A stretch of DNA of 45,282 nucleotides from a virus. Its lineage: Duplodnaviria > Caudoviricetes. The stretch lies in IMG/VR virus record IMGVR_UViG_3300033485_000635, positions 1 to 45,282 of that record; one strand, given 5' to 3'. The translations under genes were made by a program, and so were the position numbers. Shown piece by piece: positions 1 through 8,042 of this stretch (positions are counted from its first letter, which is position 1; the number at the start of each line of letters is the position of its first letter). The notes under the pieces are model-generated. The model made no database searches, was not told the DNA's origin, and was given only the letters and a program-made list of their open reading frames with translations.

Positions 1-667
1 CAGGGTTACTGCTATCTGGCTTAGGGGTAAAGTGTGTCTCAAACGTGGTATAACGCAGTGCAACAGCAAGTTGAGCAGCAATGAATCCACAAGTATGATC
101 CGAGAAGCCCAGCTCGTCTACATCAGTTTCAAACAGAGTCATCCAGGCTAGATTAGCGTCATGTGAATCAGCAGGATACTGGCTGGTGCATTTCATAAGT
201 ATAACACGCGACGCGTCCTTAACGGCCAGTATAGCATTCCATATCTCACGCGCGGATGCTGCGCCCGTACTGATAGCTAGTGGTATATTGTACTGCTTAG
301 ACCAATAGGCCGCGCGCGCTAGCATGGGCCGATATACTATATCGCCGGAAGCGATCTTGATACCATCAAGATATGGCGCGCACTGGTCCAGTAGCTCTAA
401 CGTAAATACCGACGCCCATAGTTCCATGCCACAACCATTAGTCAGGGATTTTATTACCGATAATTCATTTACTGGAAATTTATAGCGCTGCAACTTTTGC
501 CAAGTGCTAGGCATGCGTGCTTGATCGTATAACTGATCCAGTCCAATTTGATACTTGATGGCTGTTGCGCCAGCTTGATATGCTTGAGCGATCGCTGAAC
601 CCAGTAGTTCCTTATCGCCGCCCCAGTTAGTACCTACTTCAGCTATGATGCGTATTGGTCGGTCCAT
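1..667 (-). CDS. neuB: NeuB/PseI-family nonulosonic acid synthase (3' end runs off the window; not in the ORF track)
   Basis: Manual translation from ATG 667: MDRPIRIIAEVGTNWGGD...AGATAIKYQ...KIASGD...ISTG...LMKCTSQYPA...GFSDHTCG...AVALRYTTFETHFT. All NeuB motifs occur in order, and the LxKCTS variant is PseI-like. Confidence 0.9.
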   Translation of the reverse strand, partial: MDRPIRIIAEVGTNWGGDKELLGSAIAQAYQAGATAIKYQIGLDQLYDQARMPSTWQKLQRYKFPVNELSVIKSLTNGCGMELWASVFTLELLDQCAPYLDGIKIASGDIVYRPMLARAAYWSKQYNIPLAISTGAASAREIWNAILAVKDASRVILMKCTSQYPADSHDANLAWMTLFETDVDELGFSDHTCGFIAAQLAVALRYTTFETHFTPKPDSSNP

Positions 668-670
668 TAC

Positions 671-808
671 TTACTCCTTCTTCTTATCTTTTGCTTCCCG
701 ATCCTTCTTTTCCTGCTCTATCCTCTTATAGTTATCATCATACCACGGTAATACCTCTTCCCAAACATCATCCCCGGGATCAGGCTTCTTCTTTTTATCG
801 TCTGCCAT
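671..808 (-). CDS. small charged hypothetical protein (45 aa, MADDKKKKPDPGDDVWEEVLPWYDDNYKRIEQEKKDREAKDKKKE)
   Basis: AGGAG Shine-Dalgarno (SD) 7 nt before ATG 808; stop lies 3 nt before the neuB ATG; fills the gap exactly. Confidence 0.7.
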   Translation of the reverse strand: MADDKKKKPDPGDDVWEEVLPWYDDNYKRIEQEKKDREAKDKKKE

Positions 809-844
809 CTCAATACTCCTATGCCAGTCTATCTATTACATCTA

Positions 845-1051
845 TTAACTTAACCCAACTTCACAAGTATATAATATATCACTATACGACTTAGCCATAC
901 AAACATATATACTTTCTACATTTAGTCCAGTATCATTAGTAAAATTAAATAGTAACTGGGAAATATCAGAACGTAAGTAATTAATACGATCACGTGTATA
1001 TTTACTAACTGGTTGCTCTTTATTATTTTGAATTACTGTTGCAGTATCCAT
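845..1051 (-). CDS. hypothetical protein (68 aa)
   Basis: ORF in operon orientation with GGAAAG upstream; AT-rich; no recognisable motif. Confidence 0.6.
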   Translation of the reverse strand: MDTATVIQNNKEQPVSKYTRDRINYLRSDISQLLFNFTNDTGLNVESIYVCMAKSYSDILYTCEVGLS

Positions 1052-1061
1052 CTTTACTTTC

Positions 1062-2048
1062 CTATGCTAGCCTATCTATTACTTCTTGTCCACTAATCCT
1101 ACGCGCTGTCTTACTACAAAACATCTCATCAACAGTAAAGTTATCCACAACCATATCCGGCCATACACGCCATGCACCAGCAAAGGCTGGCTCATGATAC
1201 TCTCCAGGCGCAACTAACGCCTCGTGCTGCTTCTCATGCGCACCAAGGGGCTCCATGCGCCACTTACTGCGCTCCTGAAAGCACTCTGCCAAATCATACA
1301 GTGCAAAAGCAGGTGTATTAGCAGGTACAAATACCTCGCCGCCTTGCATATTATTGATGGCATCGATCACCAGCTTAACAGCACTAGCGGGCTGCATAAA
1401 GAAGCGTGTAGTCTCTGGATAGCGCACGGTAATACGATCGCCGCGCTCGGCCTGCTCGCGCCAGATCGGTATCACCGATCCATTACTGCCCATAACATTG
1501 CCATAGCGCACCGCGCTGAACATAGTTTGCAGAAATGTACCCGTTTCATTACGCGCCAACCACAAGCGCTCAGCTATAGCTTTAGTCATACCATAATGAT
1601 TCAGTGGGGATACCGATTTATCCGTCGATATAAACAAGCAGCGCTCAATACTGGCATCCCTGGCCGCATCAGCTACAACCTGTGTACCCAGTACATTGAC
1701 CCTATGAAACTCGTCTACCGCATACTCGCCGGTATCTACTCTCTTTAGCGCGCAGGCATGAATCACTATATCCTGGCCCTGGCATGCTCTATATACTTGC
1801 GGAGCATTACAGATGTCAGTCAGTATAGTCCGTACTTGTGGATACCTAGCTTTGTACTTAGCTTGCTTGTGGGGATCGCGCGATATAATCGTCAATTCAT
1901 TTCCTTGCTTCAGTAACACATCGGTTAGGGCATGCCCTAACGTACCAGTGCCACCGGTTATCAGTATCCGCAGGCTACTACGATCCTGCAAAACGATTCG
2001 CGGTTCCTCGCCGCGTCCAGCCTGTGGATTCCCGTCCATACTATCCAT
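1062..2048 (-). CDS. pseB: UDP-GlcNAc 4,6-dehydratase (PseB/FlaA1-like, Polysacc_synt_2 SDR)
   Basis: ITGGTGTLG, HACALKRV, STDKSVSPLNHYGMTK (TDK and YxxxK), VRYGNVMGSNGSVIP, TRFFM. Confidence 0.88.
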   Translation of the reverse strand: MDSMDGNPQAGRGEEPRIVLQDRSSLRILITGGTGTLGHALTDVLLKQGNELTIISRDPHKQAKYKARYPQVRTILTDICNAPQVYRACQGQDIVIHACALKRVDTGEYAVDEFHRVNVLGTQVVADAARDASIERCLFISTDKSVSPLNHYGMTKAIAERLWLARNETGTFLQTMFSAVRYGNVMGSNGSVIPIWREQAERGDRITVRYPETTRFFMQPASAVKLVIDAINNMQGGEVFVPANTPAFALYDLAECFQERSKWRMEPLGAHEKQHEALVAPGEYHEPAFAGAWRVWPDMVVDNFTVDEMFCSKTARRISGQEVIDRLA

Positions 2049-2087
2049 ATTGTACTCCGTGTCACGGTAGCACTTTATGCTACCTAT

Positions 2088-2117
2088 ATTATACCATCAT
2101 TGCTATGCTATTGTCAA
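2088..2117 (-). promoter_or_regulatory. consensus sigma70/sigmaA promoter upstream of the pseB-neuB operon
   Basis: Minus strand TTGACA-18 nt-TATAAT with TG extended -10, ~40 nt upstream of the pseB ATG. Confidence 0.8.
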
Positions 2118-2127
2118 TAGACAATGC

Positions 2128-2886
2128 TCAAGTCTTTTTACCAAGACTGTGAATATGACTTCGCGTTAGTGGCTGAATACCGCCAACATCACTATATTCT
2201 TCTTTACTAGGATTGTCAGTTAGGTCTGAGCTGCCAGTAGAGGAAACATCAGACCGATCGGATCGCACAGAAAGCATCCTTTCAATACCCTTTAATGTTT
2301 CATCTATATTACTCAGTCTATTTTCTAGGCTAAATGGTATGTCAAGAATACCGGGTGTAAGAAATACCCCTGATGCAGTTGGTGCGTCGGCAATAGCTTC
2401 CAGGGCTACATCAAATGCTTGAGCAACACTTGTATTAACACTCAAGGCACGTATATACTCTACTGTAAATGTACCAGCCGCACTATCCTCCGCCTGGGTG
2501 GGAAATCCGATAACGTTAACGCCAGCCCTGCAAATAGCTTCAGTAAGTGAACGCAAGTTCTTATCACGTACTTGGCTACCGCAAGCTGCCATAACCATAA
2601 CTTTCACTCGACCGTTACGGGATACCTGAGTTGCTAGCCACTTAGTACGTACTAATGAGTTATCGGACAACAGCAAGCCACCCGGCGCGCCGTGCCCAGA
2701 CCAGACAACTACATCGGCTGGTGAGCGCAAAATAGTAGCTACGTCATCTAGATATACCTTATTACCAGTTAATGTCAATACCCTAACATTAACAATCTTC
2801 TGAATACGTCCCAGCTCACTAAGCCATGCCAATTGTGTCTGACCATCGACAACTGGCGCAATCCAAGTTACAAGTAATTCATCCAT
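2128..2886 (-). CDS. CHAT / caspase-HetF-like protease domain protein
   Basis: VVVWSGHG and VMVMAACGS give a His-Gly / Ala-Cys dyad; VIGF..QAEDSAAGTF...Y..L....SVAQAF tail typical of CHAT; C-terminal coiled coil and disordered tail. Confidence 0.7.
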   Translation of the reverse strand: MDELLVTWIAPVVDGQTQLAWLSELGRIQKIVNVRVLTLTGNKVYLDDVATILRSPADVVVWSGHGAPGGLLLSDNSLVRTKWLATQVSRNGRVKVMVMAACGSQVRDKNLRSLTEAICRAGVNVIGFPTQAEDSAAGTFTVEYIRALSVNTSVAQAFDVALEAIADAPTASGVFLTPGILDIPFSLENRLSNIDETLKGIERMLSVRSDRSDVSSTGSSDLTDNPSKEEYSDVGGIQPLTRSHIHSLGKKT

Positions 2887-2920
2887 GGGGTTCCTCTGCT
2901 ACAATGAAAGATGCTATGTA

Positions 2921-3343
2921 TTATACATCACGAAACGGTACCGGGTCAACCCAATTAGCGTACCCTGGATTGCGCATACCATTTACCTTGATCGAGAAGT
3001 GAACATGCGGTCCCGTACTGTTGCCGGTATTGCCTGATAAGCCTACGACTTGCCCAACTTGTACTTTATCGCCAGTCTTTACTAATATTTTACTGAGATG
3101 AGCATAGATCGTTTGGTAATTTATACCTATAATGCGTAAATATGTACCGTATCCACTAGGGTCATTTCCAGTATAGACCGTTCCATCTTGTGCTGCTAAA
3201 ACTTGTGTACCTAATGCTATAGCGTAATCGATTCCATCGTGGCCAGATAGACCAAATTTCTTGTACCAGTCGGGATGTTCGCCAAACCATTGACTGACAT
3301 AACCCTTACCGATAGGTAGTGGGCGAGCTAATGATATTTCCAT
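2921..3343 (-). CDS. M23 metallopeptidase (likely endolysin)
   Basis: HDGID (HxxxD), IYAHL, VGLSGNTGNSTGPHVHF (HxH); single domain located after the tail genes. Confidence 0.9.
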   Translation of the reverse strand: MEISLARPLPIGKGYVSQWFGEHPDWYKKFGLSGHDGIDYAIALGTQVLAAQDGTVYTGNDPSGYGTYLRIIGINYQTIYAHLSKILVKTGDKVQVGQVVGLSGNTGNSTGPHVHFSIKVNGMRNPGYANWVDPVPFRDV

Positions 3344-3346
3344 GGG

Positions 3347-4045
3347 TTAGATTCCTACGGCCATCATTGTCCAACGAGCTGTAGCAGGAACTTCCATAGT
3401 CCATATGATGTCCTGTACATGCGTAGTAACTTCTACAGACTGAGGAAGAGGAGGATGATCGTGTGTACTAAAACCATTAGAGTTGTAGGCTGGTCCAGCC
3501 TCAAAAAACAGAAGGCCAATAGCCGGTGGAGGACCATAAAACGGCTCCTCAATTTCTAATTCACCGTCGATGTATAAATACCGCGTTCCAGGGCTATTTC
3601 TGCCATCAAGATAAATTTCTACTTCATATAGTGTATTTGGTACAATAGTACTGGTGCTCTGTTCCCCGCCGGACTCTAAAACTAACTTCCCATCACCGCG
3701 CACTGAAAATTCCGTCATAAGAGCGTTAAAATTGTAGCCCAATCCAATTACACCTGCCGGATAATCATCAAAAGGCAGATCATATGGCAACGCGGTGATA
3801 GAAAACGTGCACTTGATCCTGTGAACATTAGATAAATTTGTAACACCTGATTTATAGGAATAGCAATAGCCAGTAGTACCATATCCACCAGGTGCGCCAC
3901 CATAGTAAGCCCATTGATAGAAATCATAGGAGTCTGTGATAGTACCATTACCAAATACACCCTGATCCCAAATCGCTTGACTAGTCCAACTATCAGTTGG
4001 TGGAGCAAATGTATAAAGTATAGTCCCAGCAGGAGGAACAGCCAT
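3347..4045 (-). CDS. putative tail fibre / receptor-binding protein, ConA/LamG-like beta sandwich
   Basis: Last gene of the tail module; aromatic, beta-rich (YEVEIYLD...LYIDGELE); AT-richer than its neighbours. Confidence 0.45.
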   Translation of the reverse strand: MAVPPAGTILYTFAPPTDSWTSQAIWDQGVFGNGTITDSYDFYQWAYYGGAPGGYGTTGYCYSYKSGVTNLSNVHRIKCTFSITALPYDLPFDDYPAGVIGLGYNFNALMTEFSVRGDGKLVLESGGEQSTSTIVPNTLYEVEIYLDGRNSPGTRYLYIDGELEIEEPFYGPPPAIGLLFFEAGPAYNSNGFSTHDHPPLPQSVEVTTHVQDIIWTMEVPATARWTMMAVGI

Positions 4046-4047
4046 AG

Positions 4048-4575
4048 TTATGTCCTTTCAAAATACACATCTACAGTTAAATATGTCCCAGTAGATGCAC
4101 TAGAAACAATAGCTGATATCGAATCAAATGAACTATTAACATTCTCGGTAGTAGCAGTTCCACCACCAGACCCAAATGCGAAACCAACTCCAGCAGCAAT
4201 CCCAGAACACTGACCATCCGACGAGATTCTTACTGTTCTAATAGTCAATGGGCTACCGGTAATATTAGTTGGCCCTGGTACAGTAGTCACAAATAACGAA
4301 GGAAACATCTCAAAAAACGCTTGCCCACCAGCCCCTCCACCGCCCGCGCCGGGAATCCAGTGCTTAGTAGCTGACTCATAGGTCAACGCGTCGCCATTCG
4401 CTGCGCCAGCTACATATACATCGCGCAAGAACCCCAGCGGTAAACTAACCGGATCATTACCAGCTGGTTCATGCTCAAAATGATGCGGGAATACCCAGGC
4501 GCGCACGCGTGTATATATATGTCGCCATAACAGCGATAAGAATGCTTCAGCTTCATGCGATGAATTATCAGCCAT
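4048..4575 (-). CDS. minor tail / fibre protein
   Basis: Probable start MADNSSHEAE (ATG 4575), just after the hub stop; L.DV....AANGDALTY......WIPG fibre motif and Gly linker. Confidence 0.6.
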   Translation of the reverse strand: MADNSSHEAEAFLSLLWRHIYTRVRAWVFPHHFEHEPAGNDPVSLPLGFLRDVYVAGAANGDALTYESATKHWIPGAGGGGAGGQAFFEMFPSLFVTTVPGPTNITGSPLTIRTVRISSDGQCSGIAAGVGFAFGSGGGTATTENVNSSFDSISAIVSSASTGTYLTVDVYFERT

Positions 4576-4586
4576 TGTATATAATT

Positions 4587-7500
4587 CTATGCTGCGTTGC
4601 CGATTGCAAGATATGTTACCCAACAAGCACTTGGGTCAGCATCATCCATGACGCATGTGAAACCAGTCTCTTCAATAGACTTGATATCCATTAGGCCAGC
4701 TACCGCGTCATCGACCACGTTAGCGTAAACCGCGCTATCGTAATTAGCGTAAGCCGTCTCACTATCAGCCAGCCCATTCTCGTCCGAGATAGCGGCACAA
4801 GCTCGGTTACTGGCCGATGTAGCTGCCCCGATACTGGCGCGAGAATGGACGGTTTGCGTGTCCTGGGTGCTTAGAGCGCGGTTGGCACTGGCGAACAGAA
4901 GTGCTGAAGGTTGGAAACCAACTGTTTCGGCTATGTCATTACCATCGGTGCGTGTAGTAAGATCGCTAACAGCGTAGCTACCACCCTTCAAACAGATATA
5001 ACTGACATAAACTGGATAGTCACCTTCAAGGTTGTTCAACCGGAACCCGTTCGACAGGAATGAGACGAAGGTGTTCCTCATATCTACTGTTGCTACATTA
5101 CAACAGGCTATGACCTCGCCGTTGTAGCCGTAACCGGCGGTTTGCGAATCACCAACACCATTCTGTCCCTCTATAGAAATAACACCCTGGGCGGAACTAC
5201 CTGTTGCCATGCCGAGGGAGAAGCGTTGAATGCCTAAATCAGCCGCGCTTGGATAGCGCTGGTGGGCTGTTATCAGAACATCGGGCTGGAATCCCACGCT
5301 AGTGACATCCCATTGCCCGGTGCCGGTTGGCAGCTGGACGCTGCCAATGTATACGTTTGTCAGGTCCGCGCCACCCAGTGCGAGGTAGGAAATTCGGTAG
5401 GCTTGTGTGAACTGGTCATCAACGGTGAGCGTGAACCCGTCAGCGTCCATGCTGGCAAAGTCCAAAATGCCATCGAGAGTGCCTGTATCGGTGTAGCAGC
5501 GCACAACTTCTGTCGTATAGTGGGCCGTGCGGCTGTCCATGACAGCCTGGGCGTCTTCACTGATAGTCATCAAGCAAAAGCGGCTGCTATTGCTGGCTGC
5601 TGCGCCAAAGCCGAGGTTGAATGTACCACCAGCTACGGTGTCACCTGTACCAGTCGAGCCACCCCAGAAGAACATCACAATCTTGGGCTGGAAGCCCAAG
5701 CCAGAGATAGCCTGGGTCTGGGTAGCGGTCTTAGCTGTGTCTATATTGAAGCTACCTACTTTTGATACTACCCCGGCGGGCTCACTAGGACTGACACTAG
5801 AAGAAGGCGATATACTTGGGCTAATACTTGGTGACTCTGATACAGATGGGGATAGTGATATACTTGGACTTAGACTAGGCGACTCGGACGGCGATTCACT
5901 CACGCTAGGGCTTGCACTAGGGCTAACTGATGGTGATTCACTTACACTAGGACTCACACTTGGACTTACAGATGGCGATTCACTTACACTAGGACTTATA
6001 GATGGTGATTCAGACGGCGATTCGGAAATAGATTCAGATGGTGACTCACTCATACTTGGGCTTATAGATGGTGATTCACTAATACTCGGACTTACACTAG
6101 GACTTACAGATGGTGATACTGATACAGATTCAGACGGTGATTCACTTATACTTGGGCTTAGACTAGGACTCTCAGACGGTGACTCGGACAGCGACTCTGA
6201 TGGCGATTCACTTACACTAGGACTTATAGATGGTGATTCACTTGGACTTTCACTAGATGCCTCACTTGGGCTAATTGAAGGAGATACTGACGGTGATACA
6301 CTAGGAGATACAGAAATACTGGGTGATACACTAGGCGATACAGAAATACTAGGTGACGTACTGGGTGATGCACTAGGTGACACCGATGGAGATACACTGG
6401 GTGATGTACTTGGTGATATCGATGGTGACACAGAAATACTAGGTGACACACTAGGTGACACCGATGGGCTCACAGATGGTGACTTACTAGGAGATAGCGA
6501 TATGCTAGGTGACAACGACGGACTAGGTCCACCCTCAATCTGACCAGTCTCACGTGCTTGATCAGCGGGTATCGAGCTAACACATGTCAACACTTGTGAG
6601 AATGAACCTTTACGACTAATCTCTGTATCAACTTCCTGAACCCAGAAGTTCCGACTGTTAATATATAATCGGCACGGCGATATCACGGTAATCGTATCGC
6701 CTGGATTGATCAAGTCATCGCGCGGTGTAGTAAGTACAACCTTCTCTTTCCAGGAATTCCTCTCAGTCAGCAGCCAGTTAGCTACCTCTTCACACGACAT
6801 ACCACTGCCAGCCGTACCGTCAGCCTGTAATTGCTTCTCGATAAAGGTACTTGAAACCTTATCGGTTAGATACCACTGTGTACCTTCTTGTTCTATTAGG
6901 AACGGATTAGATGCTGCCGCTGTATACTCGATCTTAGTCTTACTATCCTCTCCAGGCCAGCCCTCTACTATTACCCTATTGCGCGCCTCCAGAATAGTAG
7001 ACGTATCCGTAGCTCTATAGATATCAATACCCTCTGTAAACGTAGCTATGGGGGACGCGCTCGGAGCCATGGTGATCTGTGTACGCTTAATAGTACCGTC
7101 GGCTGTATCATATGTACGATAGCCCAGACAGATAGAGTCCATACGCTCAATGAAGGATAGACCAGTCTCGCCTTCTTTCCAATCGAAGCAGCCGAACTTT
7201 TGTGCTTCACCAGCCCCAAATACAATACCAGTGCCGCCAATACCAGTCAGTACTTCTTCATTTAGTGGCACCCATGAGCCGGATGACTTGCAAATATACA
7301 AGATAGTAGACACCATCACTTCGTCGGAATGTCCGTAACCGTCGTCTAAACCGATAAGCCAAGCCGCGTAGCTCGACATATCAACATCGACTTCAGCCTC
7401 TAGGATTTCCGGTAGACCAAGATGACCCTTGCAGTTTAGCACTGTCTGCTTAGGGTATAGGCTATTATCGGCTGTTACAAAATAACCGGTAAAGCGCCTA

Positions 7501-7697
7501 GACGCCGTAGTATTATTGCCGCCCATATCGATCTTGATCTCATCCCACGGCATGATCATAGATGGCGATGAGCGCAGGGTAAGAGTTGCTTCTGCTACGC
7601 GTAAGTTAAAGCCAAGCTGTACTCTAGCGTCAAGCACGTCGGATAACGACGCACTATTCAGTGATGCAGCTAGATACGGCTTGCGGATAACACTCAT
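4587..7697 (-). CDS. baseplate hub/Tal-like tail protein fused to a Ser/Pro mucin-like stalk and a C-terminal GFQP-repeat domain
   Basis: Position after TMP and Dit. N-terminal ~385 aa is hub-like (FTGY, NRVIVEG, INPGDTITV, FWVQEV); ~250-aa (S-X)n tract; C-terminal ~390 aa has three GFQP..DGFT/NGFR/TGFT repeats. Confidence 0.7.
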   Translation of the reverse strand: MSVIRKPYLAASLNSASLSDVLDARVQLGFNLRVAEATLTLRSSPSMIMPWDEIKIDMGGNNTTASRRFTGYFVTADNSLYPKQTVLNCKGHLGLPEILEAEVDVDMSSYAAWLIGLDDGYGHSDEVMVSTILYICKSSGSWVPLNEEVLTGIGGTGIVFGAGEAQKFGCFDWKEGETGLSFIERMDSICLGYRTYDTADGTIKRTQITMAPSASPIATFTEGIDIYRATDTSTILEARNRVIVEGWPGEDSKTKIEYTAAASNPFLIEQEGTQWYLTDKVSSTFIEKQLQADGTAGSGMSCEEVANWLLTERNSWKEKVVLTTPRDDLINPGDTITVISPCRLYINSRNFWVQEVDTEISRKGSFSQVLTCVSSIPADQARETGQIEGGPSPSLSPSISLSPSKSPSVSPSVSPSVSPSISVSPSISPSTSPSVSPSVSPSASPSTSPSISVSPSVSPSISVSPSVSPSVSPSISPSEASSESPSESPSISPSVSESPSESLSESPSESPSLSPSISESPSESVSVSPSVSPSVSPSISESPSISPSMSESPSESISESPSESPSISPSVSESPSVSPSVSPSVSESPSVSPSASPSVSESPSESPSLSPSISLSPSVSESPSISPSISPSSSVSPSEPAGVVSKVGSFNIDTAKTATQTQAISGLGFQPKIVMFFWGGSTGTGDTVAGGTFNLGFGAAASNSSRFCLMTISEDAQAVMDSRTAHYTTEVVRCYTDTGTLDGILDFASMDADGFTLTVDDQFTQAYRISYLALGGADLTNVYIGSVQLPTGTGQWDVTSVGFQPDVLITAHQRYPSAADLGIQRFSLGMATGSSAQGVISIEGQNGVGDSQTAGYGYNGEVIACCNVATVDMRNTFVSFLSNGFRLNNLEGDYPVYVSYICLKGGSYAVSDLTTRTDGNDIAETVGFQPSALLFASANRALSTQDTQTVHSRASIGAATSASNRACAAISDENGLADSETAYANYDSAVYANVVDDAVAGLMDIKSIEETGFTCVMDDADPSACWVTYLAIGNAA
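5781..6527 (-). repeat. low-complexity (Ser-X)n tract, X mostly P/E/V/I/L/A
   Basis: [13 protein letters not shown]... for ~250 codons; codons are varied rather than perfectly tandem. Confidence 0.95.
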
Positions 7698-7703
7698 GGC
7701 CTA

Positions 7704-8042
7704 TTATGGAGATGGCGATATAAATGTGGCATCAACAATACTCTTGCCGTTGACGCCGCGGAATGTACGCTGTAGACTAACTAAGGCTGCGCTAGCCGCG
7801 CTACCACCGGGGTATGTTAGATCAGCCTGTGTGCCAACCAGATTACGCATACCTATATAGCTGGCTTCTATAGGGAAATACAACGAGAAATCCAGGTGAT
7901 TGGATGTGCGGCCACCGATGTCTATGTAGTTCAAGCTACCGCCCGGGATATGATACTCGGTTACCTCCGCGCTATCGACACCACCGGGCTTAGTAATAAG
8001 TACTGTAAAGCTTGCCGAACCAAAGGTATATATATCTGCCAT
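7704..8042 (-). CDS. distal tail protein (Dit)-like
   Basis: Follows TMP with a TAATG overlap; EYHIPGG..YIDIGGRT motif; ends in SPSP. Confidence 0.6.
   Translation of the reverse strand: MADIYTFGSASFTVLITKPGGVDSAEVTEYHIPGGSLNYIDIGGRTSNHLDFSLYFPIEASYIGMRNLVGTQADLTYPGGSAASAALVSLQRTFRGVNGKSIVDATFISPSP

Noticed and set aside
655-894. 79-aa plus-strand ORF and other short antisense ORFs in the track
   Set aside because: They lie opposite better-supported minus-strand genes and show no recognisable motifs.
5527-6543. 338-aa plus-strand GD-repeat ORF
   Set aside because: Same shadow effect; it lies opposite the hub Ser/Pro tract.
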